DNA of 64,000 nucleotides from IMG/VR virus record IMGVR_UViG_3300027816_000056. One strand, given 5' to 3'. The notes below the pieces were generated by a model. The model worked only from the letters and a program-made list of their open reading frames with translations. It was not told where the DNA came from and did no database searches. Positions 1 to 7,343 of this stretch are shown one piece after another (position 1 is the stretch's first letter; each line of letters starts with the position of its first letter). The DNA comes from a virus. The position numbers were made by a program, and so were the translations under genes.

Positions 1-40
1 CAATAGTAATGCTGTTGCAATCAATAAAAATGTTTTCATG

Positions 41-232
41 TTATTGTGTTTTAAACCATTTGTTGTAGGCTTGTTCATTACGAATGGCACGAGGACGAAC
101 TGATTCAGCCGACCCGGTGCCTTTCATAATGCGTTCATATGCAGCTTTCATATCTATTGGTTTCTTGTTTTGATATGGTACATGTTCTTTGTGTTCATTG
201 TCAAAGTTCATGTTGGGCCGCATTGCTGTCAT
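41..232 (-). CDS. hypothetical protein
   Basis: 63-aa ORF on the coding strand, packed with neighbours. Confidence 0.55.
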   Translation of the reverse strand: MTAMRPNMNFDNEHKEHVPYQNKKPIDMKAAYERIMKGTGSAESVRPRAIRNEQAYNKWFKTQ

Positions 233-251
233 ATTAAATAGTCATCTTAGA

Positions 252-611
252 TTATTTCGTTAACGAAATTATAAACGAATTAATTCCTTCAGCATCATCA
301 CTTGTCAAATAAAGATATGTTACAAATCCATTATCATCTGTAATTATCCAATAGTTATCTCCTTGTGTATCGATACCCTTTGGATTGCTAATATCTAATC
401 CATACTGGTTAAGAATTTCTTGTAATTTAAATTTAACTTTTTTAGTTTCATCATAAAAAAACATTTGGTTGTTGTACATTTTATCGTTAACTACATACCA
501 AAATCCTACTGGAACTTCTTTCATTGATTTATCTGTCGTAATGACACCTACCTGAGCATTTGATGCCAATGATGCAATAGATAATGCTACTGTTAAAATG
601 ATTCTTTTCAT
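252..611 (-). CDS. secreted hypothetical protein (signal peptide)
   Basis: Start re-assigned to MKRIILTVALSIASLASNAQ, a Bacteroidota-type signal peptide ending A-x-A|Q. Confidence 0.65.
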   Translation of the reverse strand: MKRIILTVALSIASLASNAQVGVITTDKSMKEVPVGFWYVVNDKMYNNQMFFYDETKKVKFKLQEILNQYGLDISNPKGIDTQGDNYWIITDDNGFVTYLYLTSDDAEGINSFIISLTK

Positions 612-630
612 GTATATTGATTTTAAATTA

Positions 631-897
631 TTACTTTTTCTTAAAAAATCTGTCAAAATATTCAATGTATGCATTGCGCCAGAATCCTAACAACGGAAGC
701 CAACAAAACATTGACAATACCCATATCACAAATACTGTGCCTAATCCATCTCGTTCAACTGTAACAACTAGGCTCGCAATTGCTGCAGATATTCCTACTA
801 CTGTAATAGCAAATGACATTGCCATTGCTAATACTTCTTTAAATATTTGTTTCAACGCTGTCTTCATTGTTTTGTTTGTTTGTTTGTTCATACTCAT
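631..897 (-). CDS. small membrane protein
   Basis: Two hydrophobic segments; start may be the downstream MKTALKQ. Confidence 0.6.
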   Translation of the reverse strand: MSMNKQTNKTMKTALKQIFKEVLAMAMSFAITVVGISAAIASLVVTVERDGLGTVFVIWVLSMFCWLPLLGFWRNAYIEYFDRFFKKK

Positions 898-1174
898 ATC
901 TATTTACTATTAAATCTCGTTGCATTCGGCTTCGTGTGCTCGTTTTGGATTGTACAAAATGGTATTCAGTTTCCAATTCTTCCGTAGTCATAAAAGCAAT
1001 CTCACGTTGCGTAGGTGTCATAAAATCCCTAGGATCCATCGTTTGTGATAACTGCTTAATCATTGCATCGAGCATCTCTTGTTCTGACATTTCGGTGTTT
1101 GTCTGTTCTGTCATATATGTTAAATTAAAGGTTACATGTATTTTCGGCAACATTGCCATATAATAGAGAATCAA
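839..1174 (-). CDS. hypothetical protein
   Basis: ORF track; likely true start MTEQTNTEM (~1114). Confidence 0.55.
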   Translation of the reverse strand: MILYYMAMLPKIHVTFNLTYMTEQTNTEMSEQEMLDAMIKQLSQTMDPRDFMTPTQREIAFMTTEELETEYHFVQSKTSTRSRMQRDLIVNRYEYEQTNKQNNEDSVETNI

Positions 1175-1340
1175 TCTCTCTTGTTAATCGTTCATTTTCT
1201 TGTTCTAAGTCTCGGATATATACACTATCTGTAACTATCTCAACGGTATGTGTATTCATAACTGTTTGATGTCCAATCAAGTAACCACAAAGAGCAGCAA
1301 CTCCTAAGAAAAAAAGTATAACGGCAAATTTTATATTCAT
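1125..1340 (-). CDS. membrane-anchored coiled-coil protein
   Basis: N-terminal TM followed by short heptad stretch. Confidence 0.55.
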   Translation of the reverse strand: MNIKFAVILFFLGVAALCGYLIGHQTVMNTHTVEIVTDSVYIRDLEQENERLTREIDSLLYGNVAENTCNL

Positions 1341-1343
1341 ATC

Positions 1344-1616
1344 TTATTTATTACATTTTAAAGCAAACTGATCAATTGATTTAATTCCACATGTACATGT
1401 CCGTGTTGCACTATCAAAGTTACAATTGGGACGTGTGGATAATTTAGTTTGAATCCATACATGTTGTTCAGATTCAATTGGTGATGTTCTACCCTCAGGA
1501 TATACCGTACGGGCAATACGCAAACGTGGTGCTTCTGGTTGTTTAACTTTACACAACATACCTAAGTGGCGAAGCGTAATAAGAAAGTGTGTTTTAAGAT
1601 TTCTTTTTCTTTTCAT
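1344..1616 (-). CDS. hypothetical protein
   Basis: ORF just downstream of promoter motif at 1632-1660. Confidence 0.55.
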   Translation of the reverse strand: MKRKRNLKTHFLITLRHLGMLCKVKQPEAPRLRIARTVYPEGRTSPIESEQHVWIQTKLSTRPNCNFDSATRTCTCGIKSIDQFALKCNK

Positions 1617-1631
1617 AGCTCTTTTTTCTTT

Positions 1632-1660
1632 AATATAAGAAATAAAAAGAAAAGATCCAA
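1632..1660 (-). promoter_or_regulatory. class A phage promoter (TTGGAT-N17-TATATT)
   Basis: Same motif and 17-nt spacing recur in many intergenic gaps. Confidence 0.65.
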
Positions 1661-1677
1661 CCGGCCTGGATGATTAT

Positions 1678-2016
1678 TTAATCTTTAAGTATTTGTTTCT
1701 TTTTGAACTTTTCAAAGTCAAAGTATGTATCGATAAGCTTATCAATGCGGCTATCCGTATATGATATATCGTGTCGATGATTTGCTTCAATTGCATCATA
1801 TATCTTGCGTTCCGTATGAGCAATTTGGTTTGATATGGTTTGTTCAACCATGTTGATGTCCCTGCTTAATTCTCGTTCGTCATCCTCGAGCCGACGCTTA
1901 AGTTTTAACACGTCTTTAGCTAAAGCTGTTACCTTAAGTATTCCTACAACGGTTACGATCGCTAAAAAGAAAACGACCATCGTAACAATACCTATAGCAA
2001 ATGATTCTAGATTCAT
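1678..2016 (-). CDS. membrane-anchored coiled-coil protein
   Basis: N-terminal TM, coiled coil, SYTDSRIDKL motif. Confidence 0.6.
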   Translation of the reverse strand: MNLESFAIGIVTMVVFFLAIVTVVGILKVTALAKDVLKLKRRLEDDERELSRDINMVEQTISNQIAHTERKIYDAIEANHRHDISYTDSRIDKLIDTYFDFEKFKKKQILKD

Positions 2017-2054
2017 ATTGTTTCTCCTTGTTTAATCCGGGCCGGATTGAATCA

Positions 2055-2621
2055 TTAGTCCCACCATCTTTCAATGTGTTGAGATATTATTTTAAAAAGT
2101 AATTTGCGAGAACGTTCTTGATTGTCTAAAGCAATTTCCATTGCAATCAATTGTCGATCTCGGTCAAATGCCGGACGTTGAAATCTATTTAGTTTGCCTG
2201 ATAGAGCTCGTTTGTATTGTTTAGGATACAATGCAAAATAAGTATCCAAATCATCATTTAACAATTTGGATTCCATACTATACCATTTATTGGTGTCATC
2301 TGTTGCAACAAACTCATATGATTCTTTAATATAATCCAAGTATTCCATATGATATAGATCATCTTGTTGTATTTTAATTAATCTAGCACATAGCAACATT
2401 CGTTCAGCATCACGTTTTGCTTCAACGTGCCTGTCTTTGTTACCAATATAATATGCCTGATTTTCAAGTTTAACACGAAGAATTTCATATATAAAGTATG
2501 CATCCCAGTCTCTATCTTTCCATATGGTAGGAAACCATCGCCATAGATTTCGTATGCCTTGCTTGAAGTCTTTTAAAAAATAACGTCCCTTAAAACGCCA
2601 CCAAGATTTGATTCTATTCAT
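2055..2621 (-). CDS. conserved phage hypothetical protein
   Basis: WFPTIWKDRDWD and C-terminal WWD motifs typical of a widespread phage family. Confidence 0.7.
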   Translation of the reverse strand: MNRIKSWWRFKGRYFLKDFKQGIRNLWRWFPTIWKDRDWDAYFIYEILRVKLENQAYYIGNKDRHVEAKRDAERMLLCARLIKIQQDDLYHMEYLDYIKESYEFVATDDTNKWYSMESKLLNDDLDTYFALYPKQYKRALSGKLNRFQRPAFDRDRQLIAMEIALDNQERSRKLLFKIISQHIERWWD

Positions 2622-2622
2622 A

Positions 2623-2865
2623 TCAGTCTAAACTAAGTCCACTATCACTTTTTAATTCGTGAAGCATCTCTCTAACTTTTTCAACAGCTTCATATGCATC
2701 ACCTGTTAGTTTGTCATTGTATTTTAACTGAGATCTTAAATGCTGATCTAGTTCCCATACTAACATTTTCCATTTCCATCCGTTGATGGCTGACTCCATA
2801 TCTTCTCTTTCTTCGTTGGTGTCAAATTCTATAGTTACCTTTGCCATATTATCTATTTTTTTCAT
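2623..2865 (-). CDS. hypothetical protein
   Basis: 80-aa ORF tightly packed with neighbours. Confidence 0.6.
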   Translation of the reverse strand: MKKIDNMAKVTIEFDTNEEREDMESAINGWKWKMLVWELDQHLRSQLKYNDKLTGDAYEAVEKVREMLHELKSDSGLSLD

Positions 2866-2868
2866 TAT

Positions 2869-3054
2869 TTATGATAAGAATTTTAGTTCAAAAATCCAAG
2901 CATTTACTGCAGATTCTTTTGGTATTGTAACGGTACCAAAAAAGCGTCGAAATATTCTAGCATATTTTTTTGGTAGTTTGATTAGTTTTAAATCTCCTGA
3001 TTCGGTTTCTACCCATAGATTTAATTTAGATTTGCTGAATTTAATTTTTTTCAT
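2869..3054 (-). CDS. hypothetical protein
   Basis: 61-aa ORF filling the gap between genes. Confidence 0.5.
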   Translation of the reverse strand: MKKIKFSKSKLNLWVETESGDLKLIKLPKKYARIFRRFFGTVTIPKESAVNAWIFELKFLS

Positions 3055-3061
3055 TTTATTC

Positions 3062-3814
3062 TTATTTAAAGGTTATTTCATTTGTAACGTTGTCCCACTC
3101 AAAATTCCATGGAAGGTGTGCGTATGAATATCTTTCATTCAATACAGATGCATTGAAGAAATGTGTATGGCCGTTAAAGTAATGTCCCCAACTGCCATGT
3201 ATGTGACCAAATACATGAATCTTAGGACGTATTTCATCTACTCGATATCTAAGCATTTCACAGCCTACACGTGTAGTAGATCCTCCTGGAATATCCAAAT
3301 AACCAAATGGAGGACCATGTGTGATTAAAATATCGGTGTTGTCTGAAATTGCATCCCAACGTGCTTTCATTTCCTCACCGTTGCGTGGCAAGTTGAATGC
3401 CCAATTGTAAAATTCTGGTTGCCACGGTGAACCATATATGCGAACGTTATCTTCTGGATGTTCTCCATTAGGTCCATCATAATATATTCCCATCCAATCA
3501 TCTTGCAAATATTCAATTGTTTTGTATCCAGTAAGTATTCCTTTAGCCCACTCCGGTTCCATTTCCATTATGCGGTCATGATTACCAGCAATAAATACTT
3601 TGGTATCGTAATTATCTATTTCATCAAACCACCGGAAAAATTCAACAGCTTCTGTTTGATGATATCCACTGCTCATAAAATCACCCGCATGGATAAGAAT
3701 ATCTCCACCCGGCAACTCTAACGGCTGATTGCTGTTACGAATAGATTTATTAGTAACAATATGATCGTGTTTAGTATGAGTATCTGATATTAATGAAACT
3801 TTAAACTTTGCCAT
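3062..3814 (-). CDS. metallophosphoesterase (calcineurin-like, MPPED/239FB type)
   Basis: SDTH, HAGD, GNHD, THGPP and GHIH motifs. Confidence 0.9.
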   Translation of the reverse strand: MAKFKVSLISDTHTKHDHIVTNKSIRNSNQPLELPGGDILIHAGDFMSSGYHQTEAVEFFRWFDEIDNYDTKVFIAGNHDRIMEMEPEWAKGILTGYKTIEYLQDDWMGIYYDGPNGEHPEDNVRIYGSPWQPEFYNWAFNLPRNGEEMKARWDAISDNTDILITHGPPFGYLDIPGGSTTRVGCEMLRYRVDEIRPKIHVFGHIHGSWGHYFNGHTHFFNASVLNERYSYAHLPWNFEWDNVTNEITFK

Positions 3815-4130
3815 CGTTTGCTATATATAACGTATAATCTGAATTTTTTGTTTTAAATGTTATGATGCGTTGATCTTCAACTTGTTCATCACTAATAATT
3901 TCTGTGATAGGTGTCGTGAGCCAAGTATACTGGAATCGCTGCGGATCAATCATAACACTGAATCCAACTTGTGGTTCTTCATGTAGTTGTTTTGCTCTAC
4001 TACCTAATTCTTCTCCGCCCCACTCTACAAATTTGACTTGTGAGCCTAGATGTGTTTCACCATTGCTCTTTACCAATTTTATATTTGATATCGGAATATC
4101 TATATTAATTTTAACTTGATCAATTTTCAT
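3801..4130 (-). CDS. hypothetical protein
   Basis: YTWLTTPITEI...FKTKNSDY; coupled to neighbours. Confidence 0.6.
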   Translation of the reverse strand: MKIDQVKINIDIPISNIKLVKSNGETHLGSQVKFVEWGGEELGSRAKQLHEEPQVGFSVMIDPQRFQYTWLTTPITEIISDEQVEDQRIITFKTKNSDYTLYIANDGKV

Positions 4131-4133
4131 AAC

Positions 4134-4652
4134 TTATCTGTTTAGTCCCAACTCTTTAAGACTCTTTGGTGTGTAATTAACATGTTCGCAGGATACACAA
4201 ATGTATCGACGATCTACTTGTTTAAATATGGGAATACCAAACAAAGTAAAATCTCGTTCAACTGATTTATTATGTATGTGGCCGTGTATGTTGTATTTAA
4301 CTCGATAATCCATCTCCATAGGATGTACCGGACAATGTGATAGGAAAATACCTTTGTATTGTATCATACCGGCTACGGATTCAACATGCTCAAGTAATTT
4401 TCTTGTGTGAGCTGCTCGATCGTGATTTCCTAGCACTACAATCTTTCGTCCATTAAGCTGATCCAATATATCATAATCAGCCTTTTCCATTGTTATATCA
4501 CCTAAAATATAGGTAGTATCGCGTTTATGTACAGTTCGATTCCATGTTTCTACAATATGTGCATCATGTTCAGCTACTGAAGTGAATCCTCTCCATTTAG
4601 CTACATTCTCATGACCGAAGTGCAAGTCTGCTATGAAACGTACTGTACTCAT
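4134..4652 (-). CDS. calcineurin-like phosphoesterase
   Basis: ADLHFGH, LGD, GNHD, SHCP, HGHIH; start re-assigned to MSTVRF just after promoter 4662-4690. Confidence 0.88.
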   Translation of the reverse strand: MSTVRFIADLHFGHENVAKWRGFTSVAEHDAHIVETWNRTVHKRDTTYILGDITMEKADYDILDQLNGRKIVVLGNHDRAAHTRKLLEHVESVAGMIQYKGIFLSHCPVHPMEMDYRVKYNIHGHIHNKSVERDFTLFGIPIFKQVDRRYICVSCEHVNYTPKSLKELGLNR

Positions 4653-4661
4653 TTTTTCTTT

Positions 4662-4690
4662 AATATAAGAAATAAAAGGGATCAATCCAA
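4662..4690 (-). promoter_or_regulatory. class A phage promoter (TTGGAT-N17-TATATT)
   Basis: Recurrent motif with exact 17-nt spacer. Confidence 0.65.
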
Positions 4691-4703
4691 ATAAATAACA
4701 AGT

Positions 4704-4971
4704 TATTAGAGTGACAAGGAACATAGCCAATGTTAACGACACAGTCAATGTCAAAGGCCTTCCTTGCTGCAAAGACAACGACAAAAACTAAGTCTCGGTT
4801 TGTTAGCCAATTATCCTAACCGGAGAAAGGTAACCTGTCTAACCGTTGAGTTCTATCTCAGTTTTTAAAATTTGCAAGGAAGCGATAAGATCATGACGCG
4901 AAGGTATCCCTCGCCAAAATGTAGTTATACAATATCTTGCTATATCATCATAAAACCTCATCACCCTAATA
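4704..4971 (-). ncRNA. putative ~270-nt rod-like structured RNA with NTTGNC hexamer repeats
   Basis: Nested long-range stems: 4961-4971/4704-4714 (11 bp, 1 GU), 4874-4882/4759-4767 (9 bp), 4857-4866/4783-4792 (10 bp, 1 GU), plus inner hairpins; GU pairs favour the minus strand. Confidence 0.65.
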
Positions 4972-5014
4972 CAAAAAGAAAGGGTTTCGGCTTGTGCTTC
5001 TACCCTCGCTTACC

Positions 5015-5929
5015 TTATTCTTTTGTGATAAACATATCAATTACAGGCTGAAACCTTTCCGGTACCTGGATACGCCATGCGGCAATATCATTGATTTGTT
5101 TTTCTAGTTGTTCTTGAAATTCGAATCTAGCTTTCTTTTCAGCCGCATACCATTGTTCTTTTAAAGAATCATACTCAGTACGAACAACGTTGTTATGTGC
5201 AATTGCTGTAGCTTGTGTTTCTGCATTTGTACGAGCAATACGAGCATTCTCAGCCGTAACAAGATTTTTAACTTTGGCTTTGAAATAGTTAACGCGTTGT
5301 TCATATTCACGATGCTGTTTTGCCAATGTTTCGTGAAGCAAAGCCAATCCTGCGGCAGTATGATGACAATGAACTTCCACCGGAGTCTTCTCTCCATCTT
5401 TCACAGTAATCCATTCTAATGCTTGAATCTTAGGCAACTCTTTGCGAAGCTGATCCAATTCACCACCTTTATGAATAAACTGACCAATATGACTTGCATA
5501 GGCTTCAACTTCCAAGTATTCATTATACTCAGCAGTTGTTAGTTGATTCCATCCCCATGATTCATCCACATCTTCCAAAACATCATTAAACATTAAATCT
5601 CCACATTTTGGAAATTCTGCTTGGTCCGAATAATCAAACGGCTTGTTACGTGTTTCTTTGATCATTTCATCTTTTGCACGGATATTCTCCATAAGGAATG
5701 CCTGTGTGGCACTCAATCGAGCTTTCTCATTAAGTAGTTCAACAACTGATGCCGGCATTGGATTAGCAATTTGCTGAGTATACGTTTTGCCGTTAACGGT
5801 TACCGTCTTTGATGCATTGTTAATTACTGACAATTGATCCTTAATATCACGCACTCTTTGATTGCAAAGATTGCTTACTGATTGAGCTTGTGAAAGAGAT
5901 AATCCGGTTGTTGCTAATGAATGTTTCAT
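5015..5929 (-). CDS. alpha-helical coiled-coil protein of unknown function
   Basis: 304-aa ORF with own promoter (5962-5990); EAYASHIGQFIH motif; long heptad C-terminus. Confidence 0.8.
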   Translation of the reverse strand: MKHSLATTGLSLSQAQSVSNLCNQRVRDIKDQLSVINNASKTVTVNGKTYTQQIANPMPASVVELLNEKARLSATQAFLMENIRAKDEMIKETRNKPFDYSDQAEFPKCGDLMFNDVLEDVDESWGWNQLTTAEYNEYLEVEAYASHIGQFIHKGGELDQLRKELPKIQALEWITVKDGEKTPVEVHCHHTAAGLALLHETLAKQHREYEQRVNYFKAKVKNLVTAENARIARTNAETQATAIAHNNVVRTEYDSLKEQWYAAEKKARFEFQEQLEKQINDIAAWRIQVPERFQPVIDMFITKE

Positions 5930-5961
5930 GTTTTTCCTTGTTTAAATGTTTAACTTAATTA

Positions 5962-5990
5962 ATAATAAGATACTTAATTCTAATTTCCAA
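5962..5990 (-). promoter_or_regulatory. class A phage promoter (TTGGAA-N17-TATTAT)
   Basis: Recurrent motif, 17-nt spacer. Confidence 0.6.
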
Positions 5991-6011
5991 ATGTTTTTTA
6001 AACTTTTTTTG

Positions 6012-6097
6012 TAGTCAGGACAGGATTCGAACCTGTGACCTCTGAAAATCCTGATTGGTTACAGCATATCATGCTCTGACCTCTGAGCTACCTGACT
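6012..6097 (-). tRNA. atypical tRNA-like RNA (possible GTA/Tyr loop on an irregular arm)
   Basis: AGTCAGG/CCTGACT acceptor, GCTC/GAGC D-stem, ACAGG-TTCGAAT-CCTGT T-arm; bulged anticodon arm with CTGTAAC loop. Confidence 0.55.
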
Positions 6098-6102
6098 ATA
6101 TT

Positions 6103-6196
6103 GAGGATGAGAAGTCCTCTGTGTTCCGTACAGGTATTACATGCATTACTGCAATCAGCTTAGTACATTCTTTATCCTTTCTCAAGGGAGAACACA
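6103..6196 (-). ncRNA. putative structured RNA with loop-mediated pseudoknot
   Basis: TGTGTTC/GAACACA stem, TGCA-GTAA-TGCA GNRA hairpin, GAGGA-CTTCTCA-TCCTC hairpin whose loop is complementary to internal TGAGAA. Confidence 0.5.
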
Positions 6197-6200
6197 TTTC

Positions 6201-6301
6201 GTAGTTATAATATCCTAAACTCTCATCAGTAGCCCATATCATCTACTGTTTGTTATGGGTTTAATCTATTAGGACAAGCCCCATCTCTTTATTACAACCA
6301 C
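6201..6301 (-). ncRNA. putative structured RNA containing an H-type pseudoknot
   Basis: 11-bp closing stem (2 GU), TCCTAA/TTAGGA stem, interleaved CCCATA/TATGGG and CAGTAG/CTACTG pairings. Confidence 0.5.
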
Positions 6302-6304
6302 TAG

Positions 6305-6424
6305 TAGTCAGGCAAGGATTCGAACCTTGAACGCTGTTTTTAACTCAGCCTCTCCAAAAAGGATAGCGTCTACCATATCAAGCACATACTATTACTCTTT
6401 GTACTATCATTCCGCCACCTGACT
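6305..6424 (-). tRNA. atypical class-II (Leu-like) tRNA-like RNA with ~35-nt D-loop insertion and no normal anticodon loop
   Basis: AGTCAGG/CCTGACT acceptor; TGGCGGAAT...GGTAGACGC Leu-type D arm; GCTG/CAGC variable arm; CAAGG-TTCGAAT-CCTTG T-arm. Confidence 0.55.
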
Positions 6425-6432
6425 TTAAAATA

Positions 6433-6507
6433 TAAGGCTGAGATTTTATCCTTCGAGATGGGAAGGGCTTATCTCAATTAAGCCTTGCCTATTATACCAG
6501 CGCCTTA
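6433..6507 (-). ncRNA. putative structured spacer RNA
   Basis: TAAGGC/GCCTTA closing stem; GGCTT/AAGCC hairpin whose loop TGAGAT can pair with downstream ATCTCA. Confidence 0.4.
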
Positions 6508-6514
6508 CGTGTTA

Positions 6515-6600
6515 TAGTCAGGACAGGACTCGAACCTGCATCTCCCCTAACCCGTTGCCATGACGGGTCTCAGGGTACTTCGCCTTTCAGACACCTGACT
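6515..6600 (-). tRNA. atypical tRNA-like RNA with extended anticodon arm (loop CATGGCA, nominal TGG/Pro)
   Basis: AGTCAGG/CCTGACT acceptor; CCCTGA/TTAGGG plus CCCGT/ACGGG double-length arm; GCAGG-TTCGAGT-CCTGT T-arm. Confidence 0.55.
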
Positions 6601-6667
6601 ATTTCTTCGGGGAGTACTCATGAGCTTAGGCATCACGCATCACACTCAATTCGCCTCCCGTCTTATG

Positions 6668-6739
6668 CGCGACCCCAAGGACTCGAACCCTGACTAATGG
6701 ATTTGGAATCCATCGTGCTACCAATTACACCAGAGAAGC
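6668..6739 (-). tRNA. tRNA-Trp(CCA)
   Basis: ATGGA-TTCCAAA-TCCAT anticodon arm, normal D/T arms, G73; two mismatches in acceptor stem. Confidence 0.75.
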
Positions 6740-6743
6740 AAAT

Positions 6744-6867
6744 AAAAACATTCAGAGGCCAAACGGGGTCAAAACATTGGGCTATTTTTTCCTTAGCTTT
6801 CCTATTTCTAGAGCTTCGGACTCCGTTCCTTTTCCCAACTTACGACCTTTTACGCGTGAATGTTTTT
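6744..6867 (-). ncRNA. putative structured spacer RNA
   Basis: Perfect 11-bp terminal stem AAAAACATTCA/TGAATGTTTTT; inner GGTC/GACC, TTGGG/CCCAA and CTA-GAAA-TAG tetraloop. Confidence 0.5.
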
Positions 6868-6868
6868 G

Positions 6869-6946
6869 TAGTCAGGACAGGATTCGAACCTGTGATAGAC
6901 GCTCTTTAGAGTCCGCTATCTTGGCAGCCAATTACACCACCTGACT
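6869..6946 (-). tRNA. atypical tRNA-like RNA (long anticodon arm, no variable loop)
   Basis: AGTCAGG/CCTGACT acceptor; GATAG/CTATC arm enclosing CGGACTCTAAAGAGCGT; ACAGG-TTCGAAT-CCTGT T-arm. Confidence 0.5.
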
Positions 6947-6952
6947 AATATT

Positions 6953-7161
6953 ATTACCTGTCCCCAAGTGAAATAAAGAATAGGTTGCCCCATTATCTTC
7001 AATTAGATAAGTCCACTTTTTTCTTTATCATCCAATAGACATAACATGTTACTTGGTTTGTGTTAGTGAGGCTCTGCGGCGCCATGAGTTTAATTATGTT
7101 AAATTTGGCAGTTCTCTCTGCTCCCACAGTTTTTATCACTTGTCTACCTTCAGCAGGTAAT
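6953..7161 (-). ncRNA. putative ~210-nt structured RNA
   Basis: ATTACCTG/CAGGTAAT closing stem; CCAAGT/ACTTGG, ATAAAGAA/TTCTTTAT, TTATCT/AGATAA and GCAG/CTGC inner stems; no ORF in the track. Confidence 0.45.
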
Positions 7162-7182
7162 GTTTTCAAAGAACGTTTCTAG

Positions 7183-7255
7183 TAGCGGAGGCCGGACTCG
7201 AACCGACGATCCTAGCTTATGAGACTAGGCGGATAACCATCTTCCACACTCCGCG
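7183..7255 (-). tRNA. tRNA-Met(CAT), initiator-like
   Basis: CTCATAA loop; C1:U72 mismatch as in fMet tRNAs; canonical T-arm. Confidence 0.85.
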
Positions 7256-7261
7256 ATATTG

Positions 7262-7333
7262 TATTCCGTACGAGATTCGAACTCGTGCCTCTGCTTAGAA
7301 AGAGCAGCGTGTTAACCACTTCACTAACGGAAC
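7262..7333 (-). tRNA. tRNA-Glu(TTC)
   Basis: Clean cloverleaf GTTCCGT/ACGGAAT; CTGCT-CTTTCTA-AGCAG anticodon arm. Confidence 0.85.
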
Positions 7334-7343
7334 ATAAACAAAA

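Noticed and set aside
2033-2050. Short GC-rich palindrome AATCCGGGCCGGATT with a similar sequence near 1661-1675
   Set aside because: Only two imperfect copies; cannot distinguish a small hairpin or operator from chance
4653-4784. N-terminal hydrophobic extension of the phosphoesterase ORF
   Set aside because: Runs through a promoter and the structured repeat RNA; conserved motifs begin right after the Met at 4652
4715-4790. DGR template repeat (AAC-rich on plus strand) or CRISPR array
   Set aside because: No reverse transcriptase, no matching variable repeat and no repeat-spacer architecture seen in the window
6190-6235. Hammerhead ribozyme suggested by minus-strand CTGATGAG...CGAAA
   Set aside because: Stem III lacks the required U16.1-H17 (GAACACA is followed by G), and the CTG is better used in the CAGTAG/CTACTG pseudoknot pairing
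6869-6946. Amber suppressor tRNA / TAG recoding (CTCTAAA heptamer in the arm)
   Set aside because: The heptamer is not closed by a proper anticodon stem, and genes such as DNA polymerase, the epimerase and GT2 end normally at TAG, with long ORFs in the standard code
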